In this document: one piece after another, positions 30,308 through 40,234 of the stretch
Layout of the letters: every line of letters starts with the position of its first letter
Numbering within the stretch: position 1 is the first letter of the stretch
Assembly: GCF_029233945.1 (NCBI RefSeq)
Contig: NZ_JARGOQ010000011.1
Location: 100 to 64,099, forward strand
DNA length: 64,000 nt
Source of the DNA: Sneathiella sp.
GTDB lineage: Bacteria; Pseudomonadota; Alphaproteobacteria; Sneathiellales; Sneathiellaceae
Reading direction: 5' to 3'
Position numbers and translations under genes: made by a program
The notes under the pieces: model-generated
What the model saw: only the letters and a program-made list of their open reading frames with translations
Database searches by the model: none
What the model was told of the DNA's origin: nothing

Positions 30308-32209
30308 GTGAGCATGAGTTTCAAATCCCTCATTTCCTGGGGAGTCGCACTGGTGGGGGTTGTTCTCGCATTACAGGCAATTTATGTCGCCATTTCAGGC
30401 AGTTGGGACATTACATACGGTCGGTCATGGATCCTTTGTGGTGCCGTGGTCATTGCTTTGCTGGGTAATCCACTTGCAGGGCGGGTCGCGGATAGTAACG
30501 CGGTGATGGGCCGACTTCCAGTTTGGATGCTGTGGGGGATCGACTTAATCCTGGTTGCCGTTTTTGTTTACGGCACATTGAAATTCATAGACATACAAAT
30601 CCTCATTGAGGAAACCATATTCGAATATGAGTCTATAGATATCTGGGCGGCTTTCGCAGCCGTTATTGTGCTGTTAGAGGCAACCCGACGCCTGTTTGGC
30701 CTGCCGATTGTCATTATCGCGTCACTCGGGATCCTTTACTGCCTTTACGGCCAATATCTGCCGGGCTTCCTTAATCATTCCGGCTTTAGTCTTAATCGGT
30801 CCATGCAGACGATCTGGTATAGCTTCCAGGGGGTCTTTGGGTTGCCGATGGGGGTTGTCCTACAGGTGGTGCTGATCTTCGTGGTCTTCGGGGTTATTCT
30901 GGAAAGCACGGGCGCGAGTGATGCCCTTATCCGTGCATCCGTTGCTCTGACTGGGAAGACGAAGGGGGGGCCTGCGCATTCCGCCGTTGTCGCCAGTGCC
31001 GTGTTCGGCAGCATGTCCGGCAGCGTGACTGCGAATGTGGTGGGCACCGGATCCTTTACCATACCAATGATCAAACGCCGCGGATTTTCCGCGCCCATGG
31101 CCGGCGGCGTCGAGGCGGCTGCGTCAACCGGTGGCCAGATTGTTCCGCCCGTTATGGGGGCGGCCGCATTCCTGATGGCGGACCTGACCGGTGAAGCCTA
31201 TACGACGATCTGTATTGCGGCTCTTATTCCGGCGCTGTTCTATTATGGCTCGTTGTTTGCCTCCATCTCCATTCAGGCCGGTGCCGATGGTATTGAGCCG
31301 TTACCGGAATCCGAACGCCCCCCATTGAACAGTAAAGATCTGATCGCGTGCCTGATGTTTGTCATCCCCATCGCCATCATTGTTTTTGTACTGGTGATGG
31401 GACGCTCCCCGGCTCTTGCGGGGTTCTGGGCGATTGTAGCCGCCGTCATCATGGGTGTTTTTAACAAGAAAAACCGGGAAAACCCCTCGGTTATCTGGAC
31501 GGCATTGGTGAAAGCGGGTCGATCCTGCGCCTGGATTATCGTCGCCGTCGGGTGTATCGGTGTCATAATTGGTGTTCTGAACCTGACAGGGCTGGGAATT
31601 TCTTTCGCCTCGGTGGTTGCGGAGTTTAGTGAGTTTTCATTGCTCGCGGCCTTGGTCACGACAGCGTTGGCGGCGCTTGTTCTGGGGATGGGCATGCCGA
31701 CCTTGCCGGCTTATCTGATTATTATCCTGGTCCTGGGGCCGGTCATGCAAAGAATGGGTGCCGAGCTTCTGGCGACGCATATGTTCGTCTTTTATTTTGG
31801 CGTTCTGTCCGCCATCACGCCGCCGGTCGCTATCGGTGCCTTTGCCGCGGCGCCCATCGCCAACGCTCATCCGTTTACAACGGCTGTCTATGCGGTGCGG
31901 CTTGCTCTTGTTGGCTTTATCATTCCGTTTATCTTCATTTATGAGCCGTCGTTATTGCTGGTTGGCACATTCGACCTGATGAGTTTTGTGCGGGTATCTA
32001 TCTGTCTGGCCTTGGCAATCTGGCTCATAAATACGGCGCTGATTGGGTATGAACGGCAAGAGTTGGGGGCACCGGAACGAATATTGCGGGGGCTTTCGGG
32101 TGCAGGATTGCTTATCCAGATACCAACCTTGCAGATTGCCTTCCTGGTAATCGGACTGTCGTTGATTACCTTCGGAACCCTCCGGTCTCGTCGTAAATTG
32201 CAGAGTTGA
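30308..32209 (+). CDS. TRAP transporter fused 4TM/12TM permease (TAXI type)
   Basis: many TMs; GSMSGSVTANV..TG.FTIP, EAAASTGGQIVPP.MGAAAF, LGMGMPT, ITPPVA; GTG start after GAGGAG. Confidence 0.93.
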   Translation: MSMSFKSLISWGVALVGVVLALQAIYVAISGSWDITYGRSWILCGAVVIALLGNPLAGRVADSNAVMGRLPVWMLWGIDLILVAVFVYGTLKFIDIQILIEETIFEYESIDIWAAFAAVIVLLEATRRLFGLPIVIIASLGILYCLYGQYLPGFLNHSGFSLNRSMQTIWYSFQGVFGLPMGVVLQVVLIFVVFGVILESTGASDALIRASVALTGKTKGGPAHSAVVASAVFGSMSGSVTANVVGTGSFTIPMIKRRGFSAPMAGGVEAAASTGGQIVPPVMGAAAFLMADLTGEAYTTICIAALIPALFYYGSLFASISIQAGADGIEPLPESERPPLNSKDLIACLMFVIPIAIIVFVLVMGRSPALAGFWAIVAAVIMGVFNKKNRENPSVIWTALVKAGRSCAWIIVAVGCIGVIIGVLNLTGLGISFASVVAEFSEFSLLAALVTTALAALVLGMGMPTLPAYLIIILVLGPVMQRMGAELLATHMFVFYFGVLSAITPPVAIGAFAAAPIANAHPFTTAVYAVRLALVGFIIPFIFIYEPSLLLVGTFDLMSFVRVSICLALAIWLINTALIGYERQELGAPERILRGLSGAGLLIQIPTLQIAFLVIGLSLITFGTLRSRRKLQS

Positions 32210-32249
32210 AAGTGTTATCGTTAATCTAAAAAAGAAAAGGGAGAGAGTA

Positions 32250-33284
32250 ATGAAAAGAAGAAACTTGCTTAAATCAATGGGGGTGGCCACCCTCGGACTA
32301 GTGGCGACACTATCGATGTCGCAAACCGCCAGCGCAGCAGAGTCGTTTAAAATGGCATCTCTTGGCGCGGCAAACTCGACAACGACATTCTCTATTGCGG
32401 CGATTGAAATCCTGAAAAAAGCCTATGGCTATAAAATTCAGCTTCAAACCGGTGCACCGGCGACACGTCAGGCTGTTGATGCAGCCAAGAAAGATCTTGA
32501 TCTGTTTGTGACTGCTGTCTCGATCAACCATTTCATGAAGAATGGCACCAGAATGTATGCCAAGATGGCGGACTCGAAAGAGCTTTTCAGCGATCTTCGT
32601 GGCATTCTGAACTACCCGATCGGGCCGTACCATGCAGTTGTCTGGGCAGATTCCGGTATTAAGTCGCTCGCAGATTTAAAGGGGAAGCGCGTCTTTACTG
32701 GCCCTCCTTCGGGCGCCGCACGGACCGTCTCTCAGCAGATCATTAAAGGTTCAACCGGATATGAGCCGAAAAAGGATTACGAGGCCATCAACCTTGATTT
32801 TAACTCTGCTTTGCAGGCGTTCCAGGATAGACAGGTTGACGCCTATTTCGTTCCAACCTCTGTCCCGAGCCCGCAGATGGCTCAACTCTCGTCCATCGGC
32901 GAAATCCGGATTTTGGGCATTCCTGATTCAGCGCTCGATTCCGAAGAGATGAAAGCGGCTTCAAGCTTGCCGGGCCGGGAATTTATTACGCTAAAGAAAG
33001 GTACATACGAAAACCTCGTCAATGAAACCGACGTGCGTATGCTGAATTCAATCGTTGGCCTTGGCACGAACAAATGGATGAGCGAAGAAGACGCTTATAA
33101 CATTACCAAGGCAATTTTAACGCATAATGCAGAACTTACTCAGGCGGCCGCCTGGATGAAGATCATCACCCCTGAGAATGCCTTGAGCCAGATGAATATG
33201 CCTCTGCATATCGGTGCGTATAAATACTACAAAGAAATCGGTATTGAAGTTCCGGAAGATATCATTCCGCCGGAAGCAAAGTAA
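32250..33284 (+). CDS. TAXI family TRAP solute-binding protein
   Basis: signal peptide with RR (MKRRNLLK), DSGIKSLADLKGKRV, PLHIGAYKYYKE C-terminal TAXI motif. Confidence 0.92.
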   Translation: MKRRNLLKSMGVATLGLVATLSMSQTASAAESFKMASLGAANSTTTFSIAAIEILKKAYGYKIQLQTGAPATRQAVDAAKKDLDLFVTAVSINHFMKNGTRMYAKMADSKELFSDLRGILNYPIGPYHAVVWADSGIKSLADLKGKRVFTGPPSGAARTVSQQIIKGSTGYEPKKDYEAINLDFNSALQAFQDRQVDAYFVPTSVPSPQMAQLSSIGEIRILGIPDSALDSEEMKAASSLPGREFITLKKGTYENLVNETDVRMLNSIVGLGTNKWMSEEDAYNITKAILTHNAELTQAAAWMKIITPENALSQMNMPLHIGAYKYYKEIGIEVPEDIIPPEAK

Positions 33285-33296
33285 GGTTTCTCCCAA

Positions 33297-33336
33297 GGAT
33301 TGTGCCGATTTGCATTTAAATGCGGCGGCACAATCC
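33297..33336 (+). terminator. hairpin downstream of the TAXI gene (terminator or mRNA-stability element)
   Basis: perfect 11-bp IR GGATTGTGCCG / CGGCACAATCC enclosing palindrome GCATTTAAATGC. Confidence 0.55.
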
Positions 33337-33376
33337 ATGCTTTTCCTGATGCTTGAAGGCTTAAGAAAGAAAATAA

Positions 33377-34351
33377 ATGCGAGCCCTTATCTGTTCAGAG
33401 TTTGACGGACCGTCTTCCCTTCGCGTTGCGGAAGTTGATAGGCCGGAACCAGCCGCAGGCGAGGTATTAATTCAGGCGATTGCCGCCGGGATTAGCTTCG
33501 TCGATGTGCTGATGAGCAGAAACAAGCATCAGAACAAGCATGAGCCACCCTTTTCCACCGGCATGGAAGTTGTCGGCACGATCGCGGCGCTGGGACCAGA
33601 AGTATCGGGTTTCAGTGTTGGCGATACGGTCGCGGCGCTGGTGTATGAGGGGGGACATGCAGAGTATGTCTGCGCCAAAGCATTTGAAGTGTTCGCGCTG
33701 CCCGAGGATTGCGATCCTGTGCAGACTGCGGCCGTCCTCTCGGTGGCGCTAACGTCCGAACTGGCGTTGGTCGAGAAGGGCCAGATACAGCCGGGTGAGA
33801 CAGTGTTGATCTCCGGCGCGGCCGGAGGTGTGGGCCTTACCGGCGTCCAGCTTGCAAAATTTCATGGCGCTAGGGTGATCGCCGCCGTCAGTGATGCCGC
33901 GAAAGCCGAGGCTGCAAAGGCGGCGGGTGCCGATGCGGCGCTTATTTACGGGCCGGATTTGCGTGATCGCGTGAAAGAGGCCAATGAGGAACGGGATGTC
34001 GATATCGTCCTTGATCCGGTTGGCGGAGACTTCGCGGAAACCGCCGCCCATTGCCTCGACTGGGATGGCCGATACCTGATTATTGGCTTCGCAGGCGGAG
34101 GAATACCGAATTTCGCCGCCAACCGGCTTCTGGTCAAGAACCGCTCCGCTCATGGCATGGTGCTTGGCTATTACCGTTGGCACAAACCCGCGCGACTGGC
34201 CATCGCCGCAAAGGTGGTCTTTGAGGCCATTCAGAAGGGCGCTCTTAAAGTGCCGACGCAACCGCTTGAAGATCTAGCCGCCGTGCCAGACGCGCTTTCA
34301 CGGATCGAAAACCGGACAATGATCGGCAAGGCGGTTGTTAAGCTGAACTAA
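33377..34351 (+). CDS. NADPH:quinone oxidoreductase family protein (MDR)
   Basis: PGETVLISGAAGGVG, DIVLDPVGG, GRYLIIGFAGG, GKAVV. Confidence 0.9.
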   Translation: MRALICSEFDGPSSLRVAEVDRPEPAAGEVLIQAIAAGISFVDVLMSRNKHQNKHEPPFSTGMEVVGTIAALGPEVSGFSVGDTVAALVYEGGHAEYVCAKAFEVFALPEDCDPVQTAAVLSVALTSELALVEKGQIQPGETVLISGAAGGVGLTGVQLAKFHGARVIAAVSDAAKAEAAKAAGADAALIYGPDLRDRVKEANEERDVDIVLDPVGGDFAETAAHCLDWDGRYLIIGFAGGGIPNFAANRLLVKNRSAHGMVLGYYRWHKPARLAIAAKVVFEAIQKGALKVPTQPLEDLAAVPDALSRIENRTMIGKAVVKLN

Positions 34352-34363
34352 CCCCTGCTTGGC

Positions 34364-36031
34364 TCACACCGTCGATTGTAGTTTCTTTTCTTCGGGCTCT
34401 GCCGGTTCACCGGCAAACTCGATACCCTCATAGCCACTCTCTGCAACCGTTTTGAGGCGCGTCATATATTTAGGGGACCCGCCATTATAGACAAGATGCC
34501 GGACATGTCCGGCCTCATGCCCCTCAACATTGGAGTTGTAGCCGGTGAACCAGGATTTGGCTTTCCGCATCAGCATGATTTTATACATTGCGACGACTTC
34601 TGCCGTCCATTCCTCTTCTGCGGCCCTGGTCGCTTCTGCACGGGCGTATCCATGGTCGCGCATAAACTCCAGCAGCTCCATCAGCCAGTTGACGCCGGAT
34701 TCAATGCCGCGCGGATAGTTTGTCGAGGCTGAGCCGCTTTGCGGGCCGTTTGGCATCAACAGGTTCGGGAAGCCATGTATCATCATCCCAAGAAACGTTG
34801 CAGGAGCCTCAAACCATTTGTCCTTTAGCTTGGCACCGCCAACCCCTTCGATATCGATATGGTCGAAGGCACCGGTCATTGCGTCAAATCCGGTGGAATA
34901 GATAATCACATCCAGATCATAGTCACGGGCCATTGTGCGAAGACCGGTTTCAATCACCCGTTCCAGCGGATTTTCCTGAATATTCACCAGATGGACACTG
35001 TCCTTGTTATATGCCTCAAAATAGTTGGTTTCGAGCGGGACCCGCTGAATACCGAAGCCATGATCCGTTGGTATCAACGTCTCCGCCGTCACCGGGTCTT
35101 TCACCCGCTGGCGGATGCGGTTCGCGATATAGTCGGAAAATTCCGCATTGGCTTTTTCATCCATGAAAATCTCGCGGAAATTGGAGAGCCATATCCCGAA
35201 GCCGGGCTCGTCATAAAGTTTGTCCCAGAGCGCCAGCCGTTCCTCGCGCGATACTTCATAGAAGGAGCGTGGATCGGGTCGATGCACGAAACCGCCCGGA
35301 GACTCGCTACAGGCCTTGAATATATCGTCATAGCGGGTGCGGATGTCGGCCATGTCGGCTTCGGAGAGTTCGCAGTTATTCAGCGGTGCGCTCCAGTTGG
35401 GGCGCCGCTGGAAAACATAAAGCTCGTCCGCTTGTTCCGCGATAACCGGAATGATCTGGATGGCCGTCGCACCGGTGCCGATGATGCCGACTTTCTTGCC
35501 CTTAAGGTCCATGCCCTCATGCGGCCAGTGATAGGTGTGAAAGGACGCGCCTTTGAAATCTTCCTTGCCGTCCAGCTTTGGCAATGTCGGCTGGGAAAGC
35601 AGGCCGACCGCCATAATCACAAACCGGCTGGTGAGAACACGACCGTCGCTCACCTGCAAGCGCCAGATAGAATTCTGGTCATCGAATTTCGCGGCCTCAA
35701 CCTTGCAATTGAATTGCATATGGTTCCGCAGGTTGAACTTGTCCGCAACGAAATTGAGATAGCGCAGATTTTCCGGCTGGCTCGAAAACCGTTCTTTCCA
35801 ATGCCATTCTTCCAGGACTTCTTTCGAGAAGGAATAGCCATAAGTATAGCTTTCTGAATCGAAGCGCGCGCCGGGATAGCGGTTGTTATACCAGGTCCCG
35901 CCGAGGTTATCGCTGCCCTCCAGCACGGTTGCGTTAATCCCAATATCAATGAGGCGCTTGATCTGATATATCCCGGCGACACCTGCGCCGATGACAATGA
36001 CTTCATAATCCGTAGTGAGGCTCTGGACCAT
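34364..36031 (-). CDS. Baeyer-Villiger monooxygenase (type I)
   Basis: GAGVAG, GGTWYNNRYPG, fingerprint FKGASFHTYHWP, GTGATA, STGF. Confidence 0.93.
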   Translation of the reverse strand: MVQSLTTDYEVIVIGAGVAGIYQIKRLIDIGINATVLEGSDNLGGTWYNNRYPGARFDSESYTYGYSFSKEVLEEWHWKERFSSQPENLRYLNFVADKFNLRNHMQFNCKVEAAKFDDQNSIWRLQVSDGRVLTSRFVIMAVGLLSQPTLPKLDGKEDFKGASFHTYHWPHEGMDLKGKKVGIIGTGATAIQIIPVIAEQADELYVFQRRPNWSAPLNNCELSEADMADIRTRYDDIFKACSESPGGFVHRPDPRSFYEVSREERLALWDKLYDEPGFGIWLSNFREIFMDEKANAEFSDYIANRIRQRVKDPVTAETLIPTDHGFGIQRVPLETNYFEAYNKDSVHLVNIQENPLERVIETGLRTMARDYDLDVIIYSTGFDAMTGAFDHIDIEGVGGAKLKDKWFEAPATFLGMMIHGFPNLLMPNGPQSGSASTNYPRGIESGVNWLMELLEFMRDHGYARAEATRAAEEEWTAEVVAMYKIMLMRKAKSWFTGYNSNVEGHEAGHVRHLVYNGGSPKYMTRLKTVAESGYEGIEFAGEPAEPEEKKLQSTV

Positions 36032-36242
36032 GTTTTGCTCCTGGTCTTGTTTATTATTTTCTCGCCGGATCGCAATTCAACGATAAGCAGTTCCTTATAT
36101 TAAAGATCATTAGCTCTCTTGTCACAAGTAACTTTCTATGTGTTTCGCCATCCCATGGGGTTTATTGACAGTGACCAGGAGAGGCAGTACTCAGATAAGG
36201 AGGAGTTATTCCTAAGCTCCGTCGCCGAAAGAAGGACTAAAA

Positions 36243-36950
36243 ATGAAGGCGCAAGATAATCAAGTTCCGCCAGAAGCGGAAAAATTTCTTCAATCTGCGG
36301 AGTTTGTCGACAGCAATTCGCGTGAAGTTCAGGATTTTACTGCAAGGGCGCTGGGCGGGCTGGCGGTAACAGCTTCCGACACAGAGAAAACCATTCGCCT
36401 GTTCGAGGCGGTGCGCGACGGTCTGAAATATGATCCTTACCGGGTCTCTTTGGAACCTAATGCCTACCGCGCCAGTACAATCGCAAAAGGGGCGGCGGGA
36501 TACTGCGTGCCGAAGGCTATTTTGCTGACAGCCTGCTTGCGTGCCGCAGGAGTACCGGCGGCACTTGGGTTTGCGGACGTCCGCAATCATCTCAATACAC
36601 CGAAGCTGACCGAGCTGATGGGGACGGATTTATTTATCTATCACGGCTATGTACAGGTCTGGCTGGAGGGGGAAAGCTATAAAATCACTCCGGCCTTCAA
36701 TATGGAATTATGTGAGCGCTTCGGCGTGAAGCCGCTTGTGTTCGACGGAACCTCAGATGCGCTTTTTCATGAGTTCAATGAGCAGGACGAGCAGCATATG
36801 GAATATGTGAATGACCGGGGCTTGTTTCTGGACGTTCCTATAGACGGGTTCCTTCGCGATTTTCGCGCGGCCTATCCCAATATGGTTGCCCATATTGAAA
36901 GGGGCGAAAGTCCGAATACAAAGGATGCTTTCACCATAGAAGAACAATAA
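36243..36950 (+). CDS. transglutaminase-like family protein
   Basis: VRDGLKYDPY, GYCVPKAILL (Cys), FADVRNHL, YHGY (His). Confidence 0.85.
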   Translation: MKAQDNQVPPEAEKFLQSAEFVDSNSREVQDFTARALGGLAVTASDTEKTIRLFEAVRDGLKYDPYRVSLEPNAYRASTIAKGAAGYCVPKAILLTACLRAAGVPAALGFADVRNHLNTPKLTELMGTDLFIYHGYVQVWLEGESYKITPAFNMELCERFGVKPLVFDGTSDALFHEFNEQDEQHMEYVNDRGLFLDVPIDGFLRDFRAAYPNMVAHIERGESPNTKDAFTIEEQ

Positions 36951-36970
36951 TAATCCGAGGAGATATTGGG

Positions 36971-37120
36971 ATCACCGATCGCTACGCCGCTTTTGACAAG
37001 CTGAAATTCGACTATCCCGCACCGCGCGTTCTCGGAATCACCTTCAACCGCCCGGAAACCTTCAATTCTGTCGAAGTGGAAACCCATACCCAGATGACGG
37101 ATATCTGGCGGGAAGTTGAT
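36971..37120 (+). pseudogene. truncated enoyl-CoA hydratase remnant
   Basis: GAGGAG, then 8 nt later ATC-ACC-GAT reading (I)TDRYAAFDKLKFDYPAPRVLGITFNRPETFNSVEVETHTQMTDIWREVD, a crotonase N-terminus; similarity ends near 37120; not in ORF track. Confidence 0.7.
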
Positions 37121-37261
37121 CAGCCTCGCATTGCTTTAATTCCTTATTTTCACTTAAGTTTATTGTTATTCTTCATTGCACTTGGCGTCGTGGCGACATA
37201 ACGTTATTGCACTGGCTGAGGGACTGTCCAGTGATCTCACATATTGAGGAACATTCAATCC

Positions 37262-38575
37262 ATGAACCTAAAGTGGGACAGCGGAAACGGGGGCAAACGC
37301 GGTAGCCGGAAATCAAAGGGCACGCGCGATACCATTCTTGCGGTTGCGGCACGGCAGTTTTGTGAAAAAGGATATGCCCGTACCACGCTCAAGGAGATTG
37401 CCGCCAGCGCAGGAATGGAAGCCGGTAGCCTCTATTATCATTTTGCCTCGAAGGAAGATCTGCTCGATGATGTCTTTGATCTCGGCTGTCGGCAAGTCAT
37501 TGATGTTGTCTCCTCGGCATATAATGAGCAAGAAGCGCAGGGCTCGGATTTCCGGGGAATATTTGCTGCGATGGTCTATGCTCATCTGCACCAGATTCTG
37601 GGTGGCAGTGAATTTACAGCAGCCATCATGCGGAATTTCTCCATGCTATCGCCGGAAGCGCAGGTGCGACATCGGCGGGTTTTCGAGACTTATGAAAATC
37701 TATGGACAACGGCGTTTATCAACGCTCAGAAAAAGCATGAAATCAGATCGGATATAAGCGTGCTGACCCTTCAGCAGCTGATTATCGGGGCCCTTAACTG
37801 GACGACCGAATGGTTTGATCGGGATCGGTTTTCGGTTCGTGAATTTTCTGAAACAACCGTCAATCTTCTCCTCGATGGTATCCTTGGCCCTTCTTTTAAA
37901 TGGAACGGGCGCGAGCCGGACGGCATGATGATTGAGCCGATGTCTCTAAACGTGGCTGGACGCTCCAAGGCGGCGCAGACCCGGCTGCATATTCTTCTGT
38001 CCGCCACGCGGGCGCTAAGAAAGAAGGGCTATGATGGTATTACGCTGCGGCATATTGCCGAAGCGGCAGGGATTGAGGCGGGCAGTATCTACTACCATTT
38101 TGCCTCGAAAGAGGAGATTATCGATGATGTGCTGTCACGGGGATTGAATGAAATCGTCGAGGGGGTTATCTATATTCTTGAGAATGAATCCGCGTTTTCC
38201 GATTATGCCAGCCGTCTCGCGTCCGCCATTCGCGCGCATATGCATTATTTATTCGTTCGCAATGATTTCGTCGCGATGAATATACGTATCTATGGCCAGC
38301 TGCCCGAGGACATGCGGGAAAAGCATCGGCCGATAAGGCAACAGTACTCCAACAGCTGGAGCCGAACATTGGTGCGGGCGCAGGAAAGCGGAGAGGTTCG
38401 GAGCGATCTAGATGTCCTTCAGATGCGGCAGCTAATGTTAGGCGCGCTTAACTGGAGTGCCAACTGGTTTCATCCGAATTGGGATGGAGAGGAGGCGTCG
38501 AAATCACTGGATGATCTGATCGGGAAGGTTCTGACGGTTTTCCTCGATGGGATTGCCTTGGATAAGCAGAATTAA
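37262..38575 (+). CDS. tandem (double) TetR family regulator
   Basis: two complete TetR modules: GSLYYHFASKEDLL...GALNWTTEWF and GSIYYHFASKEEII...GALNWSANWF; ATG 37262 chosen over TTG 37244. Confidence 0.9.
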   Translation: MNLKWDSGNGGKRGSRKSKGTRDTILAVAARQFCEKGYARTTLKEIAASAGMEAGSLYYHFASKEDLLDDVFDLGCRQVIDVVSSAYNEQEAQGSDFRGIFAAMVYAHLHQILGGSEFTAAIMRNFSMLSPEAQVRHRRVFETYENLWTTAFINAQKKHEIRSDISVLTLQQLIIGALNWTTEWFDRDRFSVREFSETTVNLLLDGILGPSFKWNGREPDGMMIEPMSLNVAGRSKAAQTRLHILLSATRALRKKGYDGITLRHIAEAAGIEAGSIYYHFASKEEIIDDVLSRGLNEIVEGVIYILENESAFSDYASRLASAIRAHMHYLFVRNDFVAMNIRIYGQLPEDMREKHRPIRQQYSNSWSRTLVRAQESGEVRSDLDVLQMRQLMLGALNWSANWFHPNWDGEEASKSLDDLIGKVLTVFLDGIALDKQN

Positions 38576-38615
38576 AGTCACCCATAACATAAGATATATT
38601 CATAAAGTATTTGAA

Positions 38616-39194
38616 TTAATTATGAAAATTATAGTTACTGGGATAGCTGTATTTCCAAACGCTCGCGGGGGGCAGGTTCCGGAAAACCATAGCGGTCCGC
38701 TCACCTTTGACACCAAATCTGTTCGCCAGAGAAGATGATATAGGTGCCTTGGCCGAATAAGTGTATTGGACCAGAACACCTTGCTGATTGAGCAGCGAGA
38801 AAATTTGCTCCAGAATTATAATTTTGTCCGCCTCCTTCACATTAAGCAGTGGCAGGCTGGAAATAACGACATCGAAATAAGAGCCAGATTCCGGTTGGAT
38901 CAGGTCGGCAGTTGAGCGGGCATCCCCATTGATCACACGGATGCCAGGGAATTTTCCGGTAAGATAGGCCGCCAGTCGGTCATCACGCTCCAGCAGGCAT
39001 AGCTTTTCACGTGAAGCACCTTCGGCCAGCAGAGCTTTGGTGATGGCCCCGGTTCCGGGACCGATCTCCAGAATTCTTTTGCCGGAAGGCTTCGCGGCCA
39101 AAGCCATCGCCCGGGCCAATGATTGACCACTCGGTACGACGGCGCCTATTTGCCGGGGATTGCGCAACAGGGCCAGGACAAAGGGTTGGTTCAC
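38616..39194 (-). CDS. pmtA: phospholipid N-methyltransferase-like class I SAM methyltransferase
   Basis: NPRQIGAVVPSG, LEIGPGTG, VISSLPLL, NLPPASVW; GGAGG upstream of GTG. Confidence 0.75.
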   Translation of the reverse strand: MNQPFVLALLRNPRQIGAVVPSGQSLARAMALAAKPSGKRILEIGPGTGAITKALLAEGASREKLCLLERDDRLAAYLTGKFPGIRVINGDARSTADLIQPESGSYFDVVISSLPLLNVKEADKIIILEQIFSLLNQQGVLVQYTYSAKAPISSSLANRFGVKGERTAMVFRNLPPASVWKYSYPSNYNFHN

Positions 39195-39399
39195 TTAGCC
39201 GGGCCCTCCATATGACCGGATTGTGATCAGAAACTACACGCCGGTAGATGGCGAGCATGAGAATTAAATCATAAACTGCGATTTGTTGAAAGACCTTGAT
39301 GCCGCGACCGGGTTTTGCGACATCAGAAAAGTCATAAAACAGGGATCCAGATACTGCTGAAACATGTCATAGTAACGGCAAAAGAAAAGGAGAGAAAAA

Positions 39400-40185
39400 A
39401 TGGATTTGGGCCTTGAAGGGAAAAGCGCCATTGTCACCGGTGGATCAAAAGGAATCGGCGCAGCGGTCGCCCGGGCGCTGGCGGCAGAGGGCTGCGCGGT
39501 GCATCTGGTGGCGCGGACTGAGGAACAGCTGGTTAAAACCGTGGCGGACATTGCGAAGGAGACTGACGTTTCTGTAACTTACTCCGCTCTTGATCTGAGT
39601 GATAGCCGCAGTATCAGTACGCTGATAGAAGCAACGCCGCTTCCCGATATCCTGATCAATAACGCGGGCGCCATCCCGGCGGGCGATCTGTTGACTATTG
39701 ATGAGGCCCGCTGGCGGGAGGCATGGGACCTCAAAGTGTTCGGTTATATCAATCTGTGTCGAGCCTATTATGCGCTAATGAAGGAACGTGGACATGGCGT
39801 AATCATCAATGTCACCGGTCTCGCGGGGGACCGCTTCGATGCGGGCTATGTTGCGGGCACAACCGGCAATGCCGGCCTTAATGCCTTCAGCAAGGCTGTT
39901 GGTGGCCGCAGCCTTAACGATGGCCTCCGGGTTCTGGCTGTCAGCCCCGGTGCCGTCGCAACGGACCGGATTGAGACCCTCATGCGGACCCGTGCGGAGA
40001 AGGAATTTGGCGACCCCGATCGCTGGCAGAGCTATCTGGGTAACCTGCCGGGTGGACGCGCGGCGACGGCGGAGGAAGTGGCCAATGTGGTGACCTTCAT
40101 GGCCTCCGACCGGGCCAGTTTCATGAGCGGTTCTGTTGTGAATGTCGATGGCGGTCATGGCGGCAATATGGGTAGTTTCTCCTGA
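39400..40185 (+). CDS. short-chain dehydrogenase/reductase with atypical active site
   Basis: TGGSKGIG, NNAG; GTTGN in place of YxxxK. Confidence 0.85.
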   Translation: MDLGLEGKSAIVTGGSKGIGAAVARALAAEGCAVHLVARTEEQLVKTVADIAKETDVSVTYSALDLSDSRSISTLIEATPLPDILINNAGAIPAGDLLTIDEARWREAWDLKVFGYINLCRAYYALMKERGHGVIINVTGLAGDRFDAGYVAGTTGNAGLNAFSKAVGGRSLNDGLRVLAVSPGAVATDRIETLMRTRAEKEFGDPDRWQSYLGNLPGGRAATAEEVANVVTFMASDRASFMSGSVVNVDGGHGGNMGSFS

Positions 40186-40234
40186 TAAAAGTGCCGCCCA
40201 AAATTTAAAATTATTAAACTAGCATGATGGAAAA

